Under the pieces are notes generated by a model, which saw only the letters and a list, made by a program, of their open reading frames with translations, was not told where the DNA came from and made no database searches. A stretch of 63,909 bases of DNA, filler included, from Hausera hauseri (taxonomy: Eukaryota): assembly GCA_046269625.1 (NCBI GenBank). It is 13 parts of 13 records of this genome, joined end to end, with 100 filler letters (N's around TTAATTAATTAA, not from the genome) between each part and the next. Parts side by side here need not be neighbours in the genome. Positions count along the whole stretch, not along the records: positions 1 to 4,945 come from JBJURY010384146.1; positions 5,046 to 9,500 come from JBJURY010572783.1; positions 9,601 to 14,723 come from JBJURY010328604.1; 10 more parts are not named here. One strand, written 5' to 3'. Shown here piece by piece: positions 1-10,436 of the stretch. Numbering within the stretch: position 1 is the stretch's first letter; every line of letters starts with the position of its first letter. The position numbers and the translations under genes were made by a program.

Positions 1-246
1 TTATGTGTCTGGTAAGAATTCGTGTAGAGTTTTTTTCAGACACCCTACCCATGTTACATACAGGCACTGGTCTTCATCATCCTTGACTACTACATATTCG
101 CACTTTGTTCTGCATAGCGGACGCGACATTTTATTGCTTAGCCATTTCTGCAGGCAGCCTATACAGAAAGTATCTGTATCTTATGGCGCCAATTTCATTG
201 TTTTATCCGACATCTGCTCCCAAAAAATCGTACAAGTCTTCAACAT
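1..246 (-). pseudogene. Decayed RING-finger (C3HC4-type) protein downstream of Polinton pPolB
   Basis: Manual translation MLKTCTIFWEQMSDKTMKLAP*DTDTFCIGCLQKWLSNKMSRPLCRTKC...; fits CxIC...FCxxCLxxW...CPLCR with several ligands mutated and one stop; absent from the ORF track. Confidence 0.7.
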
Positions 247-486
247 TTTGAAATAATGCAAGATTAATTCAAGTAAATGTCGCACTGTATTGATTATTCA
301 AATTTATTGATTTTATTGATCTGCGTTTTACCTGGTTTTATCATATGTAATAGTTACATAGTTTTGCTTTGCCTTATCCTATGTCCCACATTACTTGATC
401 AAAAACTCGCGTTAATTATTATAACAAACATATATTGGTATAAAAATGGAACATATGTCTAATAAGTACAACAACAATGTTCATAT

Positions 487-3336
487 TTACATTAGTGAGG
501 CATGTCCATAAGGCAATGTGCTGATTCCGTGTTCAAGAATGTACCTTTTATCATTGAACCAATCGAGGCTTTTGTTCCGCAAAGCAACCGTGACAATCTC
601 ATGTTTCCGGGACTGCATCCTCTTCTTCTCGTTGACTATGTGAGTTTGTTCCCGTAACACTCTCTCAAAATCTGCAAAGCTTATGTCTTTAGATAATGTG
701 GTCCTTTGAACTTCCTTGGCTCGCTTCTTTACCTGATCACTTACATCGATGGCGTACATTTTTGATCTCAACGCCACGAAACGGGTGATGATCTTACCAT
801 TCACCTCGTCTTTAAACTTTCCGAAGACCTTCTTGGCGGTTAAATAATTTGGATGATCCTTGGGATAGTCTGACGTATCCATATACTGTTCCAATTTTGG
901 AAACTTTTCAAAGACATCATCTGTGTGGATCTGGTACATAAAACTGTCCGTGTCAGTGCACATTAGCTGGTGCTCCTTGAATGTGAAAACCATGATGTTG
1001 TAATGAAAGTCATACATCACTGTCTTGGATAGATCCAATATGGACATGCCCACATATATAGGCTTGTTGAACTCAAATGATGTCTTGGGGATATGGATGC
1101 TCACCAGGTTCTCCGTGTAGATTATGCTGCTGTGGAAATTGGATTTAGCGATGAGTTTCTTTGCCCTCTTCCAGTAACATACCAGCTCGATGTTTAACCG
1201 GTTCCGGAATTTTTCCATAGTTTTGCCAAAGACCAAGTTGTTATACAGTTTGAATTGCTCCTTTTCAAACTCGTTCATGGCATTTGGCCCTCTACTAGGT
1301 ATTGAGGTCTATGTATGGATTCAGCCGTTTGTGCTGCCTGAACTGCAAGGCCCCATGAATGCAGATGACTTAGCGTCCATTTTTGATGTCCTATTGGACA
1401 TATATGTACTGGGCTACATACCTCTTCCTGTTTTCGAGGTGGCAGGGCAACTTATTATACTTGCAATTCGGCGGCCTCTTGCTCTACGGCAGAAAAGGCA
1501 GTTGTTCATGCCTTGTTTGCATGCTATGTGAGTATTCCACGTCCACATGCAGTATGTAGCAGGTATCTCCATTGGGATCCCTACCTTCAGTATTCAAGAC
1601 TTGCGGCTGCTCCACCCACTGAAAGTTATTATTGGGCAATGGATTGCTCATTGCCCATTCATACAGGTTGTTGGCATCTAGGTATGATATATATGAGGAT
1701 TCCTTGGATGGATCATAATCTGCCATGTATTTGTCGTTGGTCTCATTGTACTTGTGAATGACCTGGTAGATTCCGCCCCTGATGCCTCTTTCAACCATGA
1801 GGACCATATTGTAATTCTTCAAAATCTGGAGCCTTATGCCTGTATAGCGCGACGTCGCCGCCCAGCTCATTCCTGGAGCTATAAAGAAATGGGCTGAATC
1901 TAAATTGTGGCTCTTAAGGGTCACATCCCGGAAGCTTTCGAATACATCTGTAAGAAACAGCACATCTGTGAGGAGATAGATATCACTGTATTCCACTATT
2001 GTCCTGCACTGGAAGGTCTGCCATACTCTGAGCGTGCTCATAGTCAGCATTGCTAATATGACTGTATGACAACTGGCTACAGAAGTCTCCATTTGCCGGT
2101 AATGTTTCTTCATCCAGTGCTTTCCATGATGTTATATAGTCATAGGGAACACTCCTTTCCGCTTCACCAGGTCAAGTGTATCCGGGAAAAACTTCTTCGT
2201 CTCCTTGAGCTCATCAGCTGGGAGGTTCACCAGGACGCTGTGCAGCGACGAGCTAATGAAGCGGAAGCTATGGATGAAGCGAAGTCTAATGCGGCTCACA
2301 TGCTTCTTAAAGGTGATGTACTTTTCCTCACTATTTGGAATCACATCAATGTTCCCCTCAATATTACCCAGTTCTCGAACAATGAAGCGGGAGTAGTATC
2401 CACTAAGATTTTGGAATACCACGGGAACATATGTACATGTCTTGCAGCGTAAGTTGCAATTGTTGTACGCTTCAGCCCAGTATATGCCTGTAAAATGGCT
2501 GTGATCCCTGACTTTGTGATTGTCCCATTGCATAGGTAGCATGTTGCTGCTTTGCGCCATTCACATTTTTCTTTGCTGTGACATCACCATGTAGCCCTTA
2601 TGCTGCTGCAACATATCTTCAGGTTTGTGGACATACTGTTCCTGACGCTGCATAAAATGTGCTGCTGCATTTAGACCCCTGTATAAGTACAGTTCTTTGT
2701 CCAGTCCTTTGACATACATGCAGTATAATGATAAGTCATGGTATTGGTATGCAGTAGTACTGCTTTACTGCAGGTTGGGGCTGCAGCTGTGAATTGGGCT
2801 GAGGATTGCCTCAAAGTCACAAATTATGACAATCGGCACCTTCTGATCTTCACGAACTCCTTGTATTCTAGGTAATCCTCCTTGTGGAATTCTACTCGAA
2901 TGCAATAGTTTGTATTGCAGTAGGTCTTATACTGTCCCAGCTTTTCCCCGGCGGTGTCTCCATTAAAATGGGTAAAGCATCTTTTGAATATATCCAGCCT
3001 TAATTTATGCTTGGATATTTGGGATTCTTGGAAGCGCTCAAAATTCTTGATCGAGATGAAATGCCTCGTTTCTCCATCATCTAGCAGCAGCAGATCCATA
3101 TGATCCTCAAATTCTTCCTTACACACATGCAAAGGATAAAATTTTTCCTACTCCAATCCGAAGATGTTGATGGAGATGTTGTTCACGCTTTCAAATTTCG
3201 TGACTTCATCTTGGCTCGGTGGGAATGAATTACAGCTGAAGTCGTATGCGTGCTGCGCTTTGTCATACATGAAAACTTTGGAAGCAGCATGTTGATCCTG
3301 GACTAGTTTTGACAAAATAGAATACATGAAAGACAT
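487..3336 (-). pseudogene. polB: Protein-primed family B DNA polymerase (Polinton/Maverick, adintovirus-like), frameshifted
   Basis: YLDANNLYEWAM (motif A), KLYNNLVFGKTME (B), CTDTDSF (C), KRKGVFP, GIRGG, exonuclease-like FQNLSGYYSRF, endonuclease-VII-like KVRDHSHFTG...NNCNL; many stops and frameshifts. Confidence 0.93.
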
Positions 3337-3576
3337 TGAGGCATGCCTTTTTCATAACTATCCATTCAGGAAGCAGTATGCAGTAGTTGCCTCATTGCTG
3401 CTATGAAGTATCTCCGCACTTTGCTCTTCAGTGCAGCTACATCAGCTGGTCGCTGCCGTTGACTTTTTTCGATATATATCATTCACTGCCACTGCGCCTC
3501 ATTTACGCTGCTCTGAGGATCCATTGTGCTGCGCCGGGGATTCAGGGCGCTATGGTGAGGTTAATGCAGCATGCGC

Positions 3577-3694
3577 TGCAGATGTGAAAGGCATAACCGG
3601 AACAATGCCTTCCGATTGTGCAGATGAGGTTGGTTTAACTGAAATAATACCTCTCCTTTATGCAGGTGTTGAAGGCATAACGAGAACAATGCCT
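3577..3694. repeat. Three degenerate 42-bp tandem repeats in the pPolB N-terminal linker
   Basis: Minus-strand peptides GIVLVMPSTPA / GIISVKPTSSA / GIVPVMPFTSA at 14-codon spacing. Confidence 0.7.
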
Positions 3695-3699
3695 GTTTT

Positions 3700-4282
3700 A
3701 AATATGGCCTTTTTGGACTTAGCCGTGAAATCACCCAAGTAGGTTTTATAAAATTTATAAAACTTACAGTATTCACCTGTGCTGCCAGTTTCACATTCGG
3801 GACATATAAGGTATTCTTCACTGTTTCAGATCCGACCATAATATTTTCTCATATTTTCGTGACATTTCCGAACATCATGTGAACCATCTGATACACAATA
3901 TGTGTATATTTGACATTTTTCCATGTTCTGTTTTGGAGCATTTAATAAAGTTATCATCTGAATATATGATTAATTTAGTAAATGTGAATTAATAAAATCA
4001 CCATTTGTGGTAAAAATCTTTGTAATATTCCTTTCTTGGATGTTTTGAACATATCGATATGATGTCTATGACCATCATAGAAATCATAATAACTTCCTCT
4101 TCTCACCTCCTCACATGTTGGGCATATGTAGAATTGAAAGCCATTGAACGACCATTTGTAATAATTTTCCATGATACTGTGACATACCTAACCATCATGT
4201 ATGATGGACTGACAATTGGGATAAAATGTACAATTGTAAAAACAGTTAATATTAATAGCAATGAAGAACAAAAACTTACCAT
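3700..4282 (-). pseudogene. N-terminal exons of the pPolB gene carrying two Cys/His repeats; 44-nt intron at 3958-4001
   Basis: Repeats YPNCQSIIHDG*VCHSIMENYYK...CPTC...DFYDGH and YTYCVSDGSHDVRKCHENMRKYY...CPEC...KFY; GT...tactaa...CAG intron joins them in frame; downstream exon is in frame with ORF 3148-3336. Confidence 0.65.
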
Positions 4283-4945
4283 TTTTTGGGAATAATGTAG
4301 TTTATTTTTTTATTGATTATTCAAAATTCAAAATTTTATTTATAATTTTGATGCAGTAAAAGAAACTGACTTGGATACCTATTGTTTATATAAATTTAAA
4401 AGTAAACTCAATACTTTTTGTTTTAATATAATGAGAAGAACAGTATGACATTAAAAAATGATTGATTTTGTGTTGTCCAAATTGTTAGGGAAATCAAATT
4501 TGTAACATTTAACTGGCAGTCTTTTTTCCTCTGACTCCTTTAACCAAACGATTGCTTCTGACTCCACAACTCCCAGACTTGAGTATAGTCATTAGCCCAT
4601 GCTATTTGCTGCAGTAGTGACGCTTTGTAAATAAGGAATAATTGAATTATTGCTTCATACGATAATTTCTAAAAGCCGAATTAGATCTCTAAATGTACAC
4701 CATATGAAAGGGATCTGACTAAAGTAGTCGCTGTTGTATGCTTATATTCGAGAGACGCACACAGTAGCGTGTCTGTTACAGTGAGCCCTTCTCTGACAAA
4801 GTTGTTATTCTAGAGTGATGCTGGGACTGAGAGCGATAGCTGCTAGTATTTTCATGAAGAGGACATGCATTGTATACAGTTAAAGCATGAACGGTGTGCT
4901 TTCCTTTGTGGAGCGCCTGGACTTGCTAATAGGACGGTTTGCATA

Positions 4946-5045
4946 NNNNNNNNNNNNNNNNNNNNNNNNNNNNNNNNNNNNNNNNNNNNTTAATTAATTA
5001 ANNNNNNNNNNNNNNNNNNNNNNNNNNNNNNNNNNNNNNNNNNNN
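4946..5045. other. Artificial scaffold spacer
   Basis: N44-TTAATTAATTAA-N44 (stops in all six frames); identical spacers at 9501, 14724, 19578, 24388, 28730, 33137, 39192, 44404, 51502, 55792 and 59965. Confidence 0.99.
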
Positions 5046-7014
5046 GGTATTATGGTTATTAAGATTTCCCATGAGCATCCTACCGCTGCATATATTCCAT
5101 ACGCCTTACCTAATGCCGTAAATACTGTTCTTATAGCACTAATGATAAAATATATAGCTAGTAAACCGGAAGCTGCTTGACCGAAATATAAAAACTTTCC
5201 CCACATCTTTTCGATAACGTTTCTTGTTACTTTCTTTAAATAATCTTTGCCCATTAGGCTTTCCCATTGTGGTGACCCTTCACCGTTCCACATTACTCTC
5301 CTAGTTAGTTCTGTTATTACTCTTTGCCTTTGTTGAGGAAACAGCAACATTCGACGGTAATTTTTTAAATTTTGTTGTGTGTAAATTCCTCCCTGTGATA
5401 TTCCTGTTAGCGGCTCAAATTTCTGATTCCGGTGTAAATTAATTAAACTTAATGTTTCCGGTTTGGACACTGGCTCTCTTTTTGGCATTCTTATCCATTT
5501 GTCATTATCGATCTTAAACATTGGCGACATATTGAAAGTGCAATTGAATAGTGGAGTAGGTTTCACATTGGTTTCCAATAATATTCTAGTTACTGGCATC
5601 CCGTATCTTGCTTCTGTATGATAAACTATGGGTAATTCCATGGTGCATTCCTCCGTTGGTCTGATTGATACTTTTATTTTCTTACATTCTACTGTTATCA
5701 GTACTTCGCCCATTATTCTTCATATTACTCCGTCGCCAAAGGGCATTACTGGCGCTACCATGTCTGGATTGGTTATTACCAATGCCATTTTATTACGCAC
5801 TATTTCGTAGTTCAATTTACATTCATTCATTATTGTTTCTCGATATAAACCTCTAATTTCCTTCCTTACATAGTTAATTAAAAAATCGATCTTATTATCA
5901 AAATACTGGGTTAATTTAATATCCTTCTTATCTATTTTAGTTTTCACTCCTGGTATTTCTTTCATCGATAAGAAAATACCTTTACAGTTGGTTCTCGATA
6001 TATCCTCGCTGCACTTATTTGCTACTCCTTTAATTTTAAATCTCATCATTTCTTCTGGGTTCTCCGAATATACAATTGTAGCCACTTCTGGCATCTTGAC
6101 TTCCTTCGTTCCTTCTTTGTATGTTGTTGCCTCTTTCTCCGCCATTTTTCCACTGTCTTCTTAAACTTTCCTTCCTTTAAGAAAGTCAATTGACATTTAC
6201 TGGCGGAGGTTTCCCATGTCATTTTTGATTCTCCAGTGTCACATTCACCATTATCATATTTACATTAACTCATGGTCGTCATTAGTTTTGTTTGTGAGTC
6301 AAATAGGCCTTCGTATTCTTTTAACTGAACCTGATAATCTTCTGTAGCTACCATTCCAGGTGCAATGGTGCCTCCAACATCATAATCTACTCCTTTACAA
6401 GTACTTTCCATCGTTTTATCTATTCTTCCTGCTCTGAAGAATCTGGTGTATTTGATTCTATTTCGAACTGCCGGTATATGTGCGTTCTGGATGGTTATTA
6501 TTCCTATCTTAAAAGCATCCTGACATTCTGCTCGTGATATTATTATCGGTTCGAACGGTGTTGTGGGTTCAATTATAGCCGTATTGCCCGAATAATAAGC
6601 ACAATTAAAAAGAAAAAATGATCTCTTTACATAACATTCTCTAATTTTAGCTTTTATAAATTCTAATTCTTGATATACCCAGTATGTGAGACCACTTGTT
6701 GTTGTTAATTGTTTTGGGTCGGCCTCTGGATATTTCTTAAAGTCATCTAGGGAATATTTTTGTCCTTCGCTAGGTTTAGAGTTATCATAAGCTACTATAC
6801 CCACGGCTTTTGGCATTAGTAGTGATGTTATTAGGAGGATTTGAAAAATTTCTGTTAGTGACATACTTGTCATACATGTTCTAGGGGTGGTCGGTTGTGT
6901 CGTGGTTGGCATCTCTACGAATCGTTCTCGTTCCCCTGACCTTACTATACTGGTCATTAGGCTGTACAACCAGCCTCCTCTACATTGGACCCAATTTCCT
7001 AAAGTATCTTTCAA
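5046..7014 (-). pseudogene. env: Chuvirus-like (class III/gB-type) envelope glycoprotein, frameshifted
   Basis: Signal-like IFQILLITSLLMPKAVG then IVAYD; Cys pattern; YFDNKIDFL...LY...NECKL; GEVLITVECKKIKVSIRPTEECTMELPI; GGIYT; TM region MWGKFLYFGQAASGLLAIYFII...YAAVGCSW, matching my recollection of chuvirus glycoprotein motifs. Confidence 0.85.
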
Positions 7015-7082
7015 AATCTTTGCAGCGGTCTTGATGTTTCGTTCAATTTCTTCTAAATTTTGAGTAGGATGATTAATTACTA

Positions 7083-8120
7083 TTATTTTATATAAAAGGT
7101 AGGATATGGCTGTTTAAGCCTTTTTTGCGCCATTCCAGTTGCGAACATCTTTGCTAAGATATCCAACTCGTGTAGTTCATTTATCCGTTCTTCGTCTAAA
7201 TTCTCATAGAATTGCCTTCTTATTCGTTGCATGTTATTATGTAATGTTGTGAATAATTCGTCTGGAATTATTACCTGCCTATCAAATAAGGCTAATGACG
7301 TACGTAGCTTCGCCAGGGGAGTTCTTAATAGTGGATCTATATCTACGGATTCGGGAGTACCATTTGCACATGCTAATAATAATGGTTTTACTATTTCTTC
7401 GTTTCTATCTTTTCTATTGCGAATGTCACTTATTTTTGATCCTTTCGGTCTGCCTCTTCTCTTGGCTTCGGTTTGTACTGTGACGTCTTGCGTATCACCT
7501 GCAGGGTTTTCTTCTACTCCCTGTGGTTCCATTTCTCTTAAGATATCTTCTACGGTTGCCTGTGCTTTCGCCTCTGGATGTATTTCGGTTATTATTATTG
7601 GATTATAATTCCCGCTGCTGCATCCAATTCTCAATAATTTATCGTAGCTATACAATGTCCTACATAATAAATTAGTCCATAGGGGCTCCCTTAATAAAAT
7701 GGTTCCAACTCCTCTATCTTCTCTCGTAACGCCTGCATGTCATCTGTTTCGTTCATCCTAATGACCCTCATATCTTGATTTCCTTCTCTTACTGTTATCC
7801 TGATAGCTTCATTTCTTCCTTTCTCGTCTTCAGCAGCTTTGGCTAATACTGTTTTTGCTATCTCTCTTACAGGACTATTGTCTTGGGCTAATAATAATAG
7901 TTGTGGTAGAATTTCGTCCATCCTTTCTGCTGTTACTTTATTAATTATTACCTTTACTATCGTGGTAGTTGCTTTATCTATATCAATTATGTTATTGGGG
8001 TCAATGGTAATTACTGCTTGTATAATATCATCTTCTTCGTCTAAATCTACATCTGGATTCTTTATTACTTGATCTAATATAGCTTCGTCAAAAATCGGTG
8101 TAACTTCGGTTTCGTCTGGA
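7083..8120 (-). pseudogene. Unknown acidic/helical coding region between gag and env, with an AT-hook-like KRRGRPKGS
   Basis: ORF pieces 7691-7921 and 7083-7655 linked by frameshifts; same A-rich codon usage as gag and env. Confidence 0.5.
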
Positions 8121-9378
8121 CTAAAGGAGGATGTACTGAGGTTACTCTTTTTTCTTTCTTATTTTCCTTTCCTGCCTCTTCCCTCTCTGTTGATGTTTCT
8201 ATTAATTTAACGTCTATGTCAATTATTTTACTATTACCTTTCTTTCTTCCTTTATGAGATACTTGTTTCTCCGGTTGGTCTTCTATCATAAAAATATTAT
8301 TTTCTTTTAATCTTTGCTGTTGTCTTCTATACTCTTTCAATTCTACTTCCAATTGTTTCTTCGTGCGTTGGGATAAGGTATCACTTATATAATTAACATT
8401 TTCTTTCCTTTTATTGTTTTTCTTTGTTTCCCTTTCGCTAACGCTATACTCCGTTTCGTATTCCTTATCGAATGAGTCATTTGACGTAGCAGATGTATAA
8501 TCTTTCTTCCGTTGTTTCTTATTATTATTTGATTTAGAGGAATCTCCTCTACGTGACCTACATGACTTAGCTATATGCCCATATTTAGTGCAATTAAAAC
8601 ATTTCAATCTTCCCTCGGAATCTATGTTAGGTAGTGCTCTTCCATCCTTTTTGGATTTCTTCTTATAGCTAGTCTTTTCTCCATCATTTCGTAAATTAAA
8701 TCTCACTTTCTTTTTTATATCTGATTCTGCTTCCGTGGCTGACGTTTGTGACGGACTTCTGCTTCTTTCATAACGTTGATACCTTTGAGCCCTATTATTC
8801 TTTTTTCTATCATAACCATTGTTATTACTTTTAGACTTGTTAAATCTATACAGTTCCGCATCTCGTTCGGCTTTTCATGCCTTTCGTATGGCTTCTTGAA
8901 ATGTAGGTGGGTCCGCTTAAATAATTATTGTCCTTAATCTTTCCTCTAATCCATATTGAAATTGAGCTAGGAGTGCGTTATTTCTTGTAGTAACGTCTGG
9001 ATATGTTCTCAATGCGAGTTTTTCCAATGCGCAAACAAAGTCCTGGATCGTTTCGTCTTTACGTTGCCTCCTTATAAATTCCTCGATTTTCCCCTTTCCA
9101 GAGGGATCTATCAAAAACTTTTGAGGCAATTTTTCTTTGATTCCTTTCCAGTCCTTCTTGTCTTCTTGGGGCATTTGGAAATAAATTATAAGAGCCGTTT
9201 CTTTTAAATGAAGGGGTAATCTTTCCATTCTTTGTTTATCGTCCCAGCCAAAACTTTTGGAATATACTTTATATTCCATCATAAAATCCTGTATATTTTT
9301 TTTGCCCGAGAACCGTTTCATCGGTAGGGTGAAATCAGCCTTCGACTGAATCACCTGCTCTACGTTATGATTTGCCAT
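8074..9378 (-). pseudogene. gag: Ty3/gypsy-type Gag (capsid plus CCHC nucleocapsid)
   Basis: RFSGKKNIQDFM...GWDDKQR...LPLHLKETA; QRKDETIQDF...QFQYGL...PPTFQEAIRKA; zinc knuckle CFNCTKYGHIAKSC; both ORF pieces share one frame with two internal stops. Confidence 0.88.
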
Positions 9379-9615
9379 GGGTTCGTCCTCACTTAAATTT
9401 ATTAAATACTCTAGTCCGAAAGGCTCGTCTTCTTCTGGTTGGTAAACTGTTCCTCTTCTTGTGGTAATGGTGATACTTTTTCAATCCAAAGGTCCTTAAA
9501 NNNNNNNNNNNNNNNNNNNNNNNNNNNNNNNNNNNNNNNNNNNNTTAATTAATTAANNNNNNNNNNNNNNNNNNNNNNNNNNNNNNNNNNNNNNNNNNNN
9601 GAAAATCTAATTACT

Positions 9616-9894
9616 GTGTTAAATCAAATGTATATTCACCGATTATATGATACAAATTATTTTAATACTGTTGAAAAGGTACGTGGTGAATTAAAGAACT
9701 TGAAAGGGAAAATAATGGACAAAGTACGAGACTGTCAGCTTATGTGTGTACTATGTAAACAAAGAAAAGTGGATACGGTATTCTTAATGTGCGGCCATCT
9801 TGTTGTTTGTCAAATGTGTTTCACCAAAGTAACAACCCAATGTCCAGAATGTAAATGTACTATAATGGAAATTGTACACATTCATTACGAATGA
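9616..9894 (+). CDS. IAP-type C3HC4 RING-finger protein (probably 5' truncated), convergent with pPolB
   Basis: CVLCKQRKVDTVFLMCGHLVVCQMCFTKVTTQCPEC at the C-terminus. Confidence 0.85.
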   Translation: MLNQMYIHRLYDTNYFNTVEKVRGELKNLKGKIMDKVRDCQLMCVLCKQRKVDTVFLMCGHLVVCQMCFTKVTTQCPECKCTIMEIVHIHYE

Positions 9895-10067
9895 CTTCTT
9901 CAATAACGGAACATGGGCTTCAGTGACATGGAGGTAATTTGTATCATTGTGATATGAGACAATACTCACAAAGTAAATATCTATTGTTTACAATGAAAAC
10001 AAACCGGTATGAACAAATTTGATATAAATAGAGATGCAATTTCAGTTCACGTTTGTTTTTTTAAACA

Positions 10068-10283
10068 ATGTCTTTGGTGGAAAACAGTTCAGCAGGTGGT
10101 GACAGTCTCTCAAAAAAGCCGCGGTACAGCGAATATTCGCTCAAAAATTCCCGGTTGTATAATGGATACGACTTACATTATCTGCGCAACGCTAATCAAT
10201 TGCCATTGACGGAAACGGTCAAAATCAAACCGGTGAAATATCGTCTATTGGTGAAAAAAAATATATATACATACATTAAATGA
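10068..10283 (+). CDS. Small hypothetical protein of the Polinton-like locus
   Basis: ATG-initiated 71-aa ORF followed by AATAAA; no recognisable domain. Confidence 0.3.
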   Translation: MSLVENSSAGGDSLSKKPRYSEYSLKNSRLYNGYDLHYLRNANQLPLTETVKIKPVKYRLLVKKNIYTYIK

Positions 10284-10436
10284 TAATAATAAAACAAAAG
10301 GCAAAGCAACGAACAATATACATTATTTACAAAACACAGATAACAATGAATTGTCATAGTAAATGGGTCACTTTGATCTGTCTGTATCATTAGCACCGAA
10401 TTCATGCGCGTGCGTGTGCGTGTTTTATTCCAAACT

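Larger units (their letters stand above)
5046..9500 (-). mobile_element. Decayed retroelement with gag, an unknown region and env, but no pol; both ends truncated by spacers
   Basis: Co-oriented gag and glycoprotein frames about 1.7 kb apart, with no protease, RT, RNase H or integrase motif between them. Confidence 0.8.

Noticed and set aside
1190-2452. Plus-strand ORFs overlapping pPolB, and similar antisense ORFs over gag, Helitron and gypsy pol
   Set aside because: Shadow ORFs of the real coding strand with no motifs of their own.
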